A model generated the notes under the pieces. That model did not search any database. It was not told the origin of the DNA and worked only from the letters and a program-made list of their open reading frames with translations. From an uncultured Gemmatimonadales bacterium (GTDB lineage Bacteria > Gemmatimonadota > Gemmatimonadetes > Longimicrobiales > Longimicrobiaceae): 64,000 nt of DNA. Location of the stretch: positions 480,001 to 544,000 of the forward strand of contig OY970303.1 in NCBI GenBank assembly GCA_963716255.1, read 5' to 3'. Made by a program: the position numbers and the translations under genes. How positions within the stretch are numbered: the stretch's first letter is position 1; every line of letters begins with the position of its first letter. This document shows positions 9,332-26,631 of this stretch, one piece after another.

Positions 9332-12300
9332 TCAGCCCCGGGGGCCCGCGGCGGGCCGGCGCTGGCGCTGCATGGCTTCGCGCTGCTTGAGGGCGCGCTG
9401 CTCGGCCTGCGAGAGCGACGCGCCGGCGTCCTCCTGTCCGGCGCTCAGGCGCCCGGCGAGGAGGGTGACGGTGGGGTACTGGAAGAGCTCCACCAGGGTG
9501 AGCTTTTCCCCCATCGCCTCGGTGATGCGGTCGTACGCCTGCACCACCAGGAGGGAGTTGCCTCCCAGGTCGAAGAAGTTGTCGTGCATCCCCACCCGCT
9601 CCACCCCCAGCACCTCCTGCCAGATCCCCGCGAGGGCGCTCTCCACCTCGCCCACCGGCGCGACGTAAGCGGCGCGGCGCTTCTTCTGCAGCTCGCGCGG
9701 GTCCGGGAGGGCGCGGCGGTCGGCCTTGCCGCTGCGCGTGCGCGGCACCTCGGCCAGGGGAACCACCATGGCGGGGACCATGAACTCGGGGAGCCGGCCG
9801 CGCAGGTGGTCGCGCAGCTCGCCCTGGAGCTCGTCCTCGTCGTCCCGGCCGTCGGCGCGGGCGACGAAGTAGGCGACGAGCTGCGCCTCGCCCTCCGCCT
9901 CGAAGACGGCGGCGACGGTGTCCGCCACGCGGGGGTGCTCGCAGAGGACTGCCTCCACCTCGCCCAGCTCGATGCGGACGCCGCGCACCTTGACCTGGCC
10001 GTCCTCGCGCCCCACGAACTCCACGGCGCCGTCCGGGCCGAAGCGGGCGAGGTCGCCGGTGCGGTACATGCGCGCCCCCGGCACCCCGCCGAAGGGGTCG
10101 GGGACGAACTTCTCGGCGGTGCGCGCCGGGTCGCCCAGGTAGCCGCGCGCCACGCGGGGCCCGGCCAGGCACACCTCGCCGGCCACGCCGAAGGGCACGG
10201 GCCGCAGCCCGGCGTCCACCATGACGACGCGGGTGCTGGGGATGGGCCGCCCCACGGTGGGGGCGTGCGGGTGCTCGCGGACGCTCCCGGCGGTGGCGTC
10301 CACGGTGCACTCGGTGGGGCCGTACACGTTGAAGGTCTCGGTGTCCGGCAGCGCCAGGAGGCGCGCCCAGGTGGCGGGGTCCAGCGCCTCGCCGCCGGAC
10401 AGGATCGTCCCCGGCACGTGCTCCGGCCCGTCGCCCAGCCCGGCGGACAGCAGCCCCTTGAGGAGCGTGGGGGTGCAGTCCAGCACGTCCAGCTCGGTGG
10501 CGCGCACCCAGGCGAGCATCCGCTCCGGGCTCATCCGCTCGGCCTCCGGGGTGACGTGCAGCGTGTGCCCGCGCAGCAACTGCACCCACTGCTTCACCGA
10601 GCCGTCGAAGACCAGCGGCGCGTTGAGGCTCACCCGCAGCCCCTCGCGCCCGCGGTACACGGCGGCGTCCAGCGCGCTCACCAGGTTGGCCGCCGAGCCG
10701 TGCTGCACCACGACGCCCTTGGGGCGGCCGGTGGAGCCGGAGGTGTAGATGACGTACGCGGCGTTCTCGGGGAGCGTGCCCGCGTCCGGCGCCGCGGCCG
10801 GCATGGCGTCGATGCGCTCGCGGTCGGCGTCCATGCACACCGCCCGCCCGGCGGGGAGCAGCCCCCGCTCGCGCACGGAGGCCTGGGTGACGAACACCTC
10901 GATCCCCGCTTCCCCGGCCATGAAGGCGATGCGGTCCGCGGGGTACATGGGGTCCAGCGCGACCACGGCGCCGCCCGCCCGCAGGATCCCCAGCAGCCCC
11001 GCCAGCATCTCCGGCGAGCGCTCCATGCACAGCCCCACCCGCGACTCGGGCCGCACGCCCAGGCCGCGCAGCAGGTTGGCGAGCCGCCCGGAGAGCGCGT
11101 CCAGCTCGCCGAAGCTCAGCGACCGCCCGGCGGCGACCACCGCGGGGCGCTCCGGGGTGCGCGCCGCCTGCTCCGCGAACAGGTCGTGGAGGCAGCGGTC
11201 CGCGGGCGCTTCGTCCAGCGAGCGCCCCAGCGCGAGCACGTAGCGCAGCTCGGCGTCCGGCAGCAGCTCCAGCTCGGCGGCGGGCGCGTCCGGCCGCGCC
11301 GCGGCGTCGTCCAGCAGCGCCAGCAGGCGGTCGGCCATGCGCTCGGCGTCGCGGGCGGACACCCGGTGCGCGTCGTGCTCCAGGGCGAGCCGCAGCCCTT
11401 CGCCCTCGGCGATCCCCGTGAGCCGCACCCCGAAGCGCTCGCTCCGCGCCCGCAGCTCCAGGATGGAGAACTCAGCCCCCGCGGCCCCGGCCGGCTCCGG
11501 CCGCTCCTCCCAGTCCATCCCGAAGGCGAAGTGCTCGGGCCCCTCCGCCCCGTCGCGCGCCGGGTCCAGGTAGTCCTGCCACTCGTAGCGCTCCGCCAGC
11601 GCGGCGGCCGCGGCCGCGGCGACCCCGCGGAAGGTCGCCCCGCCGCCGGCGGCGAGCCGCACCGGCAGGTAGCGGACGAAGGCGCCCGGCGCCGCGTCCA
11701 GCCCCTCGTAGACGCGCCCGTCGAAGGCCACGCCCACCTCCGGCTCTTCGCTCCCGGCGAGGCGCCCCAGCAGCAGCGCCCACGCGGCGAGCAGCACCGC
11801 GGAGGGCGCGGCGTCCAGCTCCCCGGCCAGCTCCCGCGCGCGCGCCGCGGTCGCGGGATCCACCTCGCGCTCCACCACGCGCGGCGCGAAGCCGTCGCCC
11901 TCGCGCAGGGCGTGCGGCAGCGCGTAGTCGTCCGCGCCGGAGCGCTCGGCGCGCGCCCAGTAGTCGCGCCCCGCCTGCGTTTCCTCCGATTCCAGCAGGT
12001 CGTTGAAGACCTCGGACACGTCCGCGTACTGGATCTCCGGCGCCGCCGCCTCGCCCCCGGCGGCGATGGCCGCGTAGGCGCCCGCCACCTCTCGCACCAG
12101 CAGGTGCATGGACGCCGCGTCGGCGCACAGCGCGTGCACCCGAAGCGCCAGCAGGAAGCGCCCCTCGCCGGCAGGGGCGAGGACGGCCTGGAAGAGCGGC
12201 CCGTCCTCGAACGACAGCGGCGCCTCGTCCAGCGCGCCCACCAGCGCCTCCGCGGTCGCCGCCCCGTCGTCCAGCATCTTCCACGCGGGCGGCAGGCTTT

Positions 12301-12538
12301 CCACGATCCCCTGCAGCGGCACGCGCGTCCCGGGGAGCGCCCGGAACACGGTGCGCAGCACCTCGTGCCCCTCCGCCGCCGCCTCGACCGCGCGCCGCAG
12401 CGCGTCCACGTCGGCCTCGCCGCGCACGGCGACGACGCAGGTGGCGTTGTAGACGGGACGCGCCTCGCGCGCCTGGAGCGCCCAGACGCGCCGCTGCTGC
12501 GGTGAAAGACGGAAACGGGCCGTGGTCTCGTGAGCCAT
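9332..12538 (-). CDS. NRPS module: non-canonical C (interface-like)-A-T; A-domain code Glu-like
   Basis: Start taken at MAHETTARFRLSPQQRRVW. C motif is HALCAD instead of HHxxxD. A motifs YTSGSTGRPKG, NVYGPTE, YRTGD. T motif GGNSL. Confidence 0.9.
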   Translation of the reverse strand: MAHETTARFRLSPQQRRVWALQAREARPVYNATCVVAVRGEADVDALRRAVEAAAEGHEVLRTVFRALPGTRVPLQGIVESLPPAWKMLDDGAATAEALVGALDEAPLSFEDGPLFQAVLAPAGEGRFLLALRVHALCADAASMHLLVREVAGAYAAIAAGGEAAAPEIQYADVSEVFNDLLESEETQAGRDYWARAERSGADDYALPHALREGDGFAPRVVEREVDPATAARARELAGELDAAPSAVLLAAWALLLGRLAGSEEPEVGVAFDGRVYEGLDAAPGAFVRYLPVRLAAGGGATFRGVAAAAAAALAERYEWQDYLDPARDGAEGPEHFAFGMDWEERPEPAGAAGAEFSILELRARSERFGVRLTGIAEGEGLRLALEHDAHRVSARDAERMADRLLALLDDAAARPDAPAAELELLPDAELRYVLALGRSLDEAPADRCLHDLFAEQAARTPERPAVVAAGRSLSFGELDALSGRLANLLRGLGVRPESRVGLCMERSPEMLAGLLGILRAGGAVVALDPMYPADRIAFMAGEAGIEVFVTQASVRERGLLPAGRAVCMDADRERIDAMPAAAPDAGTLPENAAYVIYTSGSTGRPKGVVVQHGSAANLVSALDAAVYRGREGLRVSLNAPLVFDGSVKQWVQLLRGHTLHVTPEAERMSPERMLAWVRATELDVLDCTPTLLKGLLSAGLGDGPEHVPGTILSGGEALDPATWARLLALPDTETFNVYGPTECTVDATAGSVREHPHAPTVGRPIPSTRVVMVDAGLRPVPFGVAGEVCLAGPRVARGYLGDPARTAEKFVPDPFGGVPGARMYRTGDLARFGPDGAVEFVGREDGQVKVRGVRIELGEVEAVLCEHPRVADTVAAVFEAEGEAQLVAYFVARADGRDDEDELQGELRDHLRGRLPEFMVPAMVVPLAEVPRTRSGKADRRALPDPRELQKKRRAAYVAPVGEVESALAGIWQEVLGVERVGMHDNFFDLGGNSLLVVQAYDRITEAMGEKLTLVELFQYPTVTLLAGRLSAGQEDAGASLSQAEQRALKQREAMQRQRRPAAGPRG

Positions 12539-12594
12539 GCTGATCCGGTTTGCGATCTGTGCCGATGCTGTCGTTGTCGTTGCGGCCCTCAGCG

Positions 12595-12700
12595 GGCCCT
12601 CACCCGGCGGCCTTAGAGCCGCCACCCTCTCCCAATCCTGGGAGAGGGGGCCAACTGCGGGTCCGGTGCAGTGCTCCCCCTACTCCCGCTTGCGGGGGAG
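12595..12700. repeat. REP-like palindromes
   Basis: ccctctccc-aatcct-gggagaggg and ctcccgc-tt-gcggggg hairpins; reverse-complement relative of 2360-2425. Confidence 0.7.
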
Positions 12701-12704
12701 GGGG

Positions 12705-12883
12705 CCCTGCCGTTGCCGTTCCCGCAGTATCCCCCAGATCCGTTGCGGAGGGAGACAGCCGGGCAGTTTCGGCTGGCTCCCGCAGCCGGAGCGGAGACCC
12801 GCCGGCAGTTTGGCGGGGCTCCGCGACCCGCGCAGGAGACCGGCGGGGCAGTTTCCGCCGGGCTCCGGAGCGGCCCCTACGCC
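12705..12883 (-). repeat. Structured intergenic repeat family B, copy 1 (three tandem GAGCC-stem-AAACTGCC-stem-GTCTC modules)
   Basis: Reverse complement aligns with 42869-43032. Confidence 0.88.
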
Positions 12884-12893
12884 AAAACAAGCT

Positions 12894-13940
12894 CTACTGG
12901 ACGTCGTCCCACCGGAACGGGTCCGCCATTGCCGTCAACACCTTGCGCGGCCCCTTGAACGGATCCCGGGCATGGGCCGTGAGCAGGTTGTCCAGCATCA
13001 GCACGTCGCCCTGCTGCCAGGGGAAGCGCACCGTGCTGTCGCGGTAGATGCCGCGCAGCGTGTCCATGACCTCCACCGGGATGGGCGTCCCGTCCCCGTA
13101 GAGCGTGTTGTTGGGGAAGTCGTCCTCGGCGTGGAACGCGGCCTCGAACGCCGCGCGCACCGACGCGTCCAGGGTGCTGCGGTGAAAGAAGGTGGCGTGG
13201 TTGAACCAGGCGGCCTCGCCGGAGCGCGGGTGCCTGGCCACGGCGCGCCGCACCTGCCGCGTGCGCAGCCGGCCGCCGTCCTTCCATTCCACGTCGATGC
13301 GGTTGGCGGCGCAGTACGCCTCCACCTGCGCCGGGTCGTCGGTCTGGAAGGCCTCCTGCCACGAGAGCCCGAAGCCGTCGCCGAAGTTGCGGACGTACAT
13401 GTAGCCCTTTTCCTCGAACGGGCGCCGCACCTCCTCGGGGATGGCGCGGTACACCCGGCGCACGTCGGCGATGGGGGTGGCGCCCCCCTCCTCGGCCGCG
13501 ACGGTGCACATGAAGATGATCTTCAGCGGGAAGTTGAGGTTGTACGACTGCTCGTTGTGTAAAAAGATCTCCTGGTCCGCCGGGTGCTCGGTGGAGGTGT
13601 AGACCTTGTTGGCGACGTGCGTGCGCGGCGACGAGCGCTCGCCGTACTCCAGCGGCCCGCTGGAGGCGGCGGAGACGAAGCGGTTCAGGTCGGCGGAGTC
13701 GCGCATGGCGAACCCGCGGAAGAGGAGCCCGCCGTGCTTCTGCAGCAGCGACTCGGTCTCGTCGCGGTTGGCCGCGGCCCACTCCGCCAGGTCCACGCCG
13801 TCCACGGCGGGGCGGATCACCAGCGGGAGCGGCTCGCCGGGGCGGAGCGGCTCCATGCGCACCAGCGACTCCGTGGACACGCCGCCCTCGCGGGTGCGTG
13901 TGAAGGGGAGCTTCTTCCCTGGAAGGGTGGGCTTCTGCAT
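12894..13940 (-). CDS. Fe(II)/alpha-ketoglutarate dioxygenase, TauD/SyrP-like (NRPS-associated beta-hydroxylase)
   Basis: HGGLLFRGF, ERSSPR, IFLHNEQSY (HxE), GGATPIAD, WFNHATFFH, WQQGDVLMLDNLLTAHAR; embedded between NRPS genes. Confidence 0.9.
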   Translation of the reverse strand: MQKPTLPGKKLPFTRTREGGVSTESLVRMEPLRPGEPLPLVIRPAVDGVDLAEWAAANRDETESLLQKHGGLLFRGFAMRDSADLNRFVSAASSGPLEYGERSSPRTHVANKVYTSTEHPADQEIFLHNEQSYNLNFPLKIIFMCTVAAEEGGATPIADVRRVYRAIPEEVRRPFEEKGYMYVRNFGDGFGLSWQEAFQTDDPAQVEAYCAANRIDVEWKDGGRLRTRQVRRAVARHPRSGEAAWFNHATFFHRSTLDASVRAAFEAAFHAEDDFPNNTLYGDGTPIPVEVMDTLRGIYRDSTVRFPWQQGDVLMLDNLLTAHARDPFKGPRKVLTAMADPFRWDDVQ

Positions 13941-14000
13941 CTGGAACTCCTCGCCGGATCGGCGGGCTGACGTGTACGTGCTGCTGCCTGGACGAACCGC

Positions 14001-20708
<6,708 letters not shown>

Positions 20709-21053
20709 GTAGGACCCGTGCTGTGCTGGTTCGGGGCCCGCGCGACCCTCCGGCCGCGGGCTCTCCCGCTCGCTTCCCGCCGAAATGCGGCGGGAAAGGT
20801 ACGGCCGGCGAGCCGCCGCCGCGCTTCTGCCCTGCCCTGGCCCGGAAGTAGCGATCCGGCCCGCTCGACGGGGCCGGCTCTCCGGGACGGCCGGGACGCA
20901 AAAAGATCCGGCCCGCCCGGCCGCCCGTGCAGGGCGCCGGCGCGGCGGCTGCGCGCCCGGACGAAGGGAGGCCGCGGACCCGGAAAAGAGGACCGCCGCG
21001 AGGGGCCGGGAACGCGCCGGATCACGGCCTGCGTGCCCGGTTTACTTCACGTC

Positions 21054-21083
21054 AAGCTATACAGGTGAAGGGGGGTGGCGCAA
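21054..21083 (-). promoter_or_regulatory. Possible sigma70-type promoter for the NRPS/PKS operon
   Basis: TTGCGC-N18-TAGCTT on the minus strand, within one of the few AT-rich patches upstream of 20708. Confidence 0.3.
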
Positions 21084-21362
21084 GGGGAACCCGTGTCCGC
21101 GGAGGGGAGAAAAAGCCGTGCGGCGCGGCCGTTTCGGAGCGTGCTGACAGGTGGGCCCGGCCGCCCGGAATGGCCGGGAGCACGTCGGCGGATGAAAAAC
21201 ACACGTTCCCGGCGGGGCCTGAGTGAATGTCACCCGGACGACGTCCCCGGTGTCCGCTTCGTCACGCCGGGCCGCCGTTCGTCCCGGCGCGGTTGCCGGG
21301 CTCCGGGCGCGCCCCGATCGTGGCCGGGAGGGGCCCTTCCCACCGCTTCCCGGAGACCCGCC

Positions 21363-22643
21363 ATGAGACCGGCTCACGCCCTCGTCCTCACCCTCGTGCT
21401 CGCCCCCCCCGGCTGCGGCGAGCGGGGCGGCGGCGCCGCCGTCGCCGCGGCCCCGCCGGCGGGGTGGAGCGAGCCGATGGAGGTCGCGCCCGGAAGCCCG
21501 CCCGATCTGCGGGGGAGCCGCATCGCGGACCTGCGCGCCGGGCCGGGCGGGAGCCTGCACGCGCTCTTCCTGGCCGACGCGGACGGCGATGGGGTGGCGA
21601 CCCGCCTGCTCCACGCCGCCTTCGACGGTGGGCGGTGGGGCGCGCCGGTCGTGCTCGCGGAGGCGGGGAGCATCGGCGCGGCGCAGCTCGCGGTGGACGC
21701 GGACGGGAGGGCGCACGCCGCGTGGACCGCGGGCCCGGCGCCCGCGGACCCGCGCGCGCCGCCGGCGTTCACGGAGCTGCTGCACCGGGTCCGGACGGAG
21801 AGCGGCTGGTCCCCCGCGGAGCGGTTGTACGGCGTCCCGGCGGGGGCGTCGGTGCCGGTGTCGGGGATCGCGGCGGCGGAGGCGGGCGGGGCCGTGCACC
21901 TGGTGTACCCCGCCGCTCCGGGCGGCTTCGCGGACCTGCGGTCCACCGCCGCGGACCGGGCTCCGCTCCCCGCAGGACCGGAGGGCGGGGAGCCCCGGAT
22001 GGCCGCCGGGCCCGGCGGCGCGCTGGCGCTGGCGGACCTCCGCTCGTCGCTCCCCCCGCCGGGCTCGGGGGGGACGGTGTTCCGCACGGACCCCTGGGTG
22101 CGCGTGTTCCGGGACGGCAGGTGGGGGGAGCCGGTGCGGGTGCACGCCGCCCCGGCGACGGACTCGCACAAGCCGCAGGTGGCGTGGGACGGGCGGGGCG
22201 TGCTGCACGCAGTGTGGCTGGAGGCGGACCCCGGCGACATCCTCCCCGTCCGCCTCCTGCATTCGCGGTCGGAGGACGGGGTGGCCTGGAGCGCCCCGGT
22301 GGAGCTGGCGGCGGGCGTCCCCGGGCGGGTGCTCTACTCGCCGCGGCTGGCGCTGGACGGCGGCGGCACGCTGCACCTGACGTTCGCGCGGTTCCGCGAT
22401 GGGCTCACGGACCCGCGGCACTTTCGCCTGGCGCTCTCCGGGGGCCGCTGGTCGGCGCCGGAGGAGATCCTTCCGCGCCAGGGACCCCGCGGAAGCGAGC
22501 TGGAAACGGCGGTGGACTCGCGGGGGAGGCTGCACGCGCTGTGGAGCGGGCGGGGAGGCGGCATCCTGCACTCGGTGCTGCGGCCGGCGGCGCCGGGCCC
22601 CGCGGCGGACCGCGGACGCTCCGTGCCGCTCGTCCCGCGCTGA
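21363..22643 (+). CDS. Exported repeat protein (BNR/beta-propeller-like), possibly a lipoprotein
   Basis: Hydrophobic N-terminus ending PPGC. Recurrent W-S-x-P...P-x-L-A-x-D-x-x-G-x-L-H-A-x-W repeats; HSRSEDGVAWS resembles an Asp-box. Confidence 0.65.
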   Translation: MRPAHALVLTLVLAPPGCGERGGGAAVAAAPPAGWSEPMEVAPGSPPDLRGSRIADLRAGPGGSLHALFLADADGDGVATRLLHAAFDGGRWGAPVVLAEAGSIGAAQLAVDADGRAHAAWTAGPAPADPRAPPAFTELLHRVRTESGWSPAERLYGVPAGASVPVSGIAAAEAGGAVHLVYPAAPGGFADLRSTAADRAPLPAGPEGGEPRMAAGPGGALALADLRSSLPPPGSGGTVFRTDPWVRVFRDGRWGEPVRVHAAPATDSHKPQVAWDGRGVLHAVWLEADPGDILPVRLLHSRSEDGVAWSAPVELAAGVPGRVLYSPRLALDGGGTLHLTFARFRDGLTDPRHFRLALSGGRWSAPEEILPRQGPRGSELETAVDSRGRLHALWSGRGGGILHSVLRPAAPGPAADRGRSVPLVPR

Positions 22644-22751
22644 TGCCGCTCGCCCCGGGCCGCGAGTGCGGAGGGACCCCGGACGCTACCCTGGACGTGG
22701 GCGCGGCGCTCGCGCCCCGATGCGAATCCCACACCGTCCAGGAGACCCGAC

Positions 22752-23294
22752 ATGAGAACGCTTCGCTACGCACTCGCCCCGCTGGTCTGCGTGCTGCTCG
22801 CCGGCTGCGGCGCCGACGACCTCACCTCCCCCGCCGGCGCGCGCGCCTCCATCGACCCCGACGTGCAGTGCCCGGAAGCCAACTGCGGAGGCGGGGGTTA
22901 CAACCCGCCCGCGCCCGCCGAGTACCACGGGTCGGACACGGACATCTCCCGGAGCTGGCAGCAGTACGGGCCGTCGTCGTGGGCCTGGGCGTCGATCCAC
23001 AAGGGGAACTCGTGGTCCGTGGTCAACAGCTCCGTCTACGCGTCGGGCAAGGTGGACGCCATCGCGTACACCTTCGCGAACTGCCGGAGCGGGAGCCGGG
23101 CGGAGTTCGGGCGGGACAGCCGCACGGTGTACGGCCTGGGCACGGCGGAAGTGAACTTCCGCTTCACGACGTTCGGCAAGTTCGGGTTCCAGGTGAAGGG
23201 GACGCACACCTTCGTCGGGAGCCCCGGCAGCGGAGCGGGGACCCAGGTGTTCTACTCCGAGGCCTCGCACTGCGACGACGGCATCTTCGCGTAA
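22752..23294 (+). CDS. Hypothetical lipoprotein
   Basis: AGGAG SD, lipobox LAGC, strong GC3 bias, followed by a terminator. Confidence 0.75.
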   Translation: MRTLRYALAPLVCVLLAGCGADDLTSPAGARASIDPDVQCPEANCGGGGYNPPAPAEYHGSDTDISRSWQQYGPSSWAWASIHKGNSWSVVNSSVYASGKVDAIAYTFANCRSGSRAEFGRDSRTVYGLGTAEVNFRFTTFGKFGFQVKGTHTFVGSPGSGAGTQVFYSEASHCDDGIFA

Positions 23295-23307
23295 GCCACC
23301 AGAACGA

Positions 23308-23345
23308 AAGACCCGCGGCCGGGGAGGCCGCGGGTCTTCTGTTTT
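23308..23345 (+). terminator. Rho-independent terminator
   Basis: aagacccgcggcc-gggga-ggccgcgggtctt followed by ctgtttt. Confidence 0.8.
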
Positions 23346-23405
23346 ACGGCCGCCGGGGACGCCGCACCGGCGCTATGGGCCCGGAACGCAAAAGGGGTGT
23401 AGCGC

Positions 23406-26375
23406 TTACTCTTCGATCTTTTCCGTGCGCCTCACAGCTTTCCCGATTAACGGCAGCTGACTGAGCGACATCCTCACAAGGTCCAGGAACGACTTGTCAG
23501 ACAAACGCTCATCCATCTTCAGCTGCAGCGCCCCAAGCAATGGGACCAGGATCACGCCGGCAATCAACAGCAGTGGAAGGACGAAGGGGGAGACATTCTC
23601 TGCCAGCACGCCCAGAGCGGCGAGGACGATGACCACCGCGAACAGGTAGAACGAGCCGTTAGCCCACGCGCTCTGGACCCGGGCCGGCTTCGGGGATGGA
23701 CGATTCACGGTTTCCTCCTGGTGAATTGCCGTATGCGGCGCCATAACGACCACCCGCTCCACGGGGCCATGGAACTGCGTGCCGGGTACAGGAGTTCCCT
23801 CGTACGGCACTTTCCCTTCCGGGATCTCCCCCTTCAGCAGCTGTTCACGCGCCCCGATGTCATCGACCAGACTGAAGACGTCCACCATCTCGTAGCTCTT
23901 CTGGCACTGGATCTCGGTCCTCCGATCCGCCACGAACCGCCGCAGTGTCTCGAACGGGTAGAAGTTCGGCTCCTGGCTCGGCTTGCAGATTCCACAGTTG
24001 CAGGGAATCAGCTTGTTGTATTTGAGCTGGGTGTAGGTGGAATGGATCCGGTCCATCTCGTAGACGACGAGGGTCAACAGGTCCTTCTTGTGGGCACCGG
24101 CGACCCGGATCTGGAGCTCTCGCTTCCCGTAGTGCTCCACGACCTCCGCTCTCGTCCGCTCCTTCTCCAGGACCACACCGGTCTTCCAGACGAGCCGCTG
24201 CCCCTCGATCAACGGGTTCATCGCCACGATGACCTGGGTGACGATGCCCTTCGGCATGAACTCGTAGGTGTAGCGGAGGATCAGGTTGTCGGTCTCGTCC
24301 CATGGATACTCCGGCTGGTTCTCGGTCAGCCGCTGCGGAGCGATGTAGCGGTTCTTGGAACCGGGGACCGGGTAGCAGAGGCCGAACCGCATCATCAGCT
24401 GAAGCAGCTCGTCGAGCATGTTCGCGTATTCGTCCCCGGCCCAGATGTTCTCCAGGTCATGCCGGGTGAAGCGACCCTGCTGGTTGATGACATTGCGGTT
24501 GTCCAGCACCTTGTAGACCGCATCGGTTCCCCACTTTGGCTTCAGGATCACCGCTTTCTTCAGGATGGGATCGTCATGGAAGTGAAGGATCACTCCCAAG
24601 TCGTGCAGGTAGCCGCTGAGCTGGAGCTTGTCCCGTCGCGCATCGAACCCGAACCTCCCGCACAGCTCGAAGAATTCGTCCAGGCTGATGTAGTTGCGCG
24701 GATCTCCCTCCAGCGCCTTCCGCACCTCGACCCAGCGCTTCGGCAGCGGAGACCCGATGTGCGGGAGATGAGCGATCCGGTGCTGAATCTCGTCGCGGAT
24801 CTCTCCCACGCCGCGGTTGGTGGCGAAGTTGGCGGCGAGCGCGTCCTTGAGGCCGCCGAACTGCCCCCGCAAAGCCCGCTCGTTGATCTCCCGGTGCCGG
24901 TCCTTCTTTTCGTTCTTGATGATGAGCAGCGGGCTCCTGTCGCTGAGCAACTCGACGATGCTGAGCCAGTAGTGGAAATCCGTGTCTTCCTTTCGTGTGT
25001 CGGCCACCAGCGCGTAGAGGGATCGCCTGGTGAGGAAGAACTGGTGCGTGGCGTGGTAGATCTCCTGCCCGCCGAAGTCCCATATGTTCGCCTGGAAGGT
25101 TCGGCCGTTCGGGAGTGGGAAGCGCCAGTAGGCGACGTCGATCCCGGCGGTGCTCTCCTCGTCTTTGAGGACGTACTCGGGGTCCTGGAGCTTCTTGGCC
25201 AGCGTCGTCTTCCCGGCACCGCCCTCTCCTACGATGATCAGCTTGGCCTCGTAGAGATAGTCGGTTCCTTGGGCCTCAAGCTGGCGGAAGTACTCTCTGA
25301 TCGCATCAAGCCCTCGGCCGACAATCTCCAACGGAGGTACTTCGACCAGATTGCCGAATAAATCAATAGATTGAAGCTCCGGCATGGACAGAATGCGGGA
25401 TGACACTTTCCGGATTCGGTTCCCTCCAGGACCATTGTCATAGTTGCCAAAAGACAGACGCTTTAGTGAGTAGAGATTGTGGACGGAACCGGGAATTTCA
25501 GTGAAGCGAGCACCGGCAAGGTTGAGCACCTCTAGTCGCTGAAGGTTACCGATGCTCTCCGGCAAAGAGGACAACTGCGTCTGACTCAAACTCAGCAGCC
25601 TCAAATTTGCGAGGTTCCCAATATCTTCCGGCAATTCGTGGATTGGATTATTGTCGAAACTGAGGCTCTGAAGGCTGACGAGATTGAGAACCACACTAGG
25701 TAATTGCTCAAAGCTATTATCGCTGAGGTCCAACAGTGCCAAGTCCCGCAATTTGGAGATCGCCTCCGGAAGGCTCGAAAGCTGATTTCCCTCCAGACTG
25801 AGGCTCTGCAGGTTTTTCAGCTCGCCTATCCAATCTGGAACAGCATGCATCTGCATTCGTATGATCGTGAGGTCACGCAAGCGCCTAAGCGTTCGAACCT
25901 CCTCGGGAAAGGTCTCCTGTGCCGTATGCAAAGAAATCTTTAGGCTCTCAAGTGACTGGAGCTGTGAGAGCCACGGGGGCACAGTCATTCCACGTACGGT
26001 CCCGAGCGCCAATGTTTTCAGCCCTTGCAACTCGCCGAGCGAATCAGGAAGCTCTATATAGTCGTTGAGATCAAGGTCGAGATCTACCAAGTTCGACAAT
26101 CGGCCGATTGAGGCCGGAATGGATACCAGCTCGTTCCAGCGAAGGTTCAGGACCCGCAGGTTCCGTAACTCTCCGATCGCTTCAGGAAGGGAGGCGATCC
26201 GATGCCCCCCCAAGTGAAGCTCCTCCAGTTGTACAAGCTCGAAGACCTGCTGTGGGACTTGCGCCAATTTCTCGGCGTCCGGTGCATCTGGATCGACGCT
26301 CAGGTCGAGAACTATGAGCGAGTTCTTCTTCGCGGCTTGGATCTTCTTCTGGATCTCGCGAGGAATCTCATTCAT
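23406..26375 (-). CDS. Prokaryotic Roco protein: LRR-Roc GTPase-COR with a C-terminal two-helix hydrophobic domain
   Basis: About 13 LRRs (LxxLxLxxNxLxxLP); GEGGAGKTT P-loop; WDFGGQEIYHATHQFF; COR motifs YLHDLG and FMPKGI; CNCxxC; hydrophobic C-terminus. Start chosen at MNEIPRE; an in-frame start at 26474 is possible. Confidence 0.9.
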   Translation of the reverse strand: MNEIPREIQKKIQAAKKNSLIVLDLSVDPDAPDAEKLAQVPQQVFELVQLEELHLGGHRIASLPEAIGELRNLRVLNLRWNELVSIPASIGRLSNLVDLDLDLNDYIELPDSLGELQGLKTLALGTVRGMTVPPWLSQLQSLESLKISLHTAQETFPEEVRTLRRLRDLTIIRMQMHAVPDWIGELKNLQSLSLEGNQLSSLPEAISKLRDLALLDLSDNSFEQLPSVVLNLVSLQSLSFDNNPIHELPEDIGNLANLRLLSLSQTQLSSLPESIGNLQRLEVLNLAGARFTEIPGSVHNLYSLKRLSFGNYDNGPGGNRIRKVSSRILSMPELQSIDLFGNLVEVPPLEIVGRGLDAIREYFRQLEAQGTDYLYEAKLIIVGEGGAGKTTLAKKLQDPEYVLKDEESTAGIDVAYWRFPLPNGRTFQANIWDFGGQEIYHATHQFFLTRRSLYALVADTRKEDTDFHYWLSIVELLSDRSPLLIIKNEKKDRHREINERALRGQFGGLKDALAANFATNRGVGEIRDEIQHRIAHLPHIGSPLPKRWVEVRKALEGDPRNYISLDEFFELCGRFGFDARRDKLQLSGYLHDLGVILHFHDDPILKKAVILKPKWGTDAVYKVLDNRNVINQQGRFTRHDLENIWAGDEYANMLDELLQLMMRFGLCYPVPGSKNRYIAPQRLTENQPEYPWDETDNLILRYTYEFMPKGIVTQVIVAMNPLIEGQRLVWKTGVVLEKERTRAEVVEHYGKRELQIRVAGAHKKDLLTLVVYEMDRIHSTYTQLKYNKLIPCNCGICKPSQEPNFYPFETLRRFVADRRTEIQCQKSYEMVDVFSLVDDIGAREQLLKGEIPEGKVPYEGTPVPGTQFHGPVERVVVMAPHTAIHQEETVNRPSPKPARVQSAWANGSFYLFAVVIVLAALGVLAENVSPFVLPLLLIAGVILVPLLGALQLKMDERLSDKSFLDLVRMSLSQLPLIGKAVRRTEKIEE

Positions 26376-26631
26376 GACAGCCCCCGGGTGTGATTGAGGT
26401 GAGGTTTCTCTGCCTGAAACAAGGGTGGCTGTCCCGCCTTGCTTGAAGGCATCAAACAACATCGTGGCAGACAAACACCGGACGATCTCTGAACAGAACG
26501 GTGCTCGACTTACGGACGGGAGAGCAATCCAGGTAGGAGCAGGGAAGGTCCAGCAAGAGGCTGCGGCATTCTGCGCATGCGCGCTCCCACCGGATGTGAT
26601 CCGGTGTCAGCCGAGACGATTCGCGACCAAA

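Noticed and set aside
12705..12883. Tandem modules resembling a mini-CRISPR array
   Set aside because: The variable parts are self-complementary stems, the units are short and irregular, and no cas genes are present.
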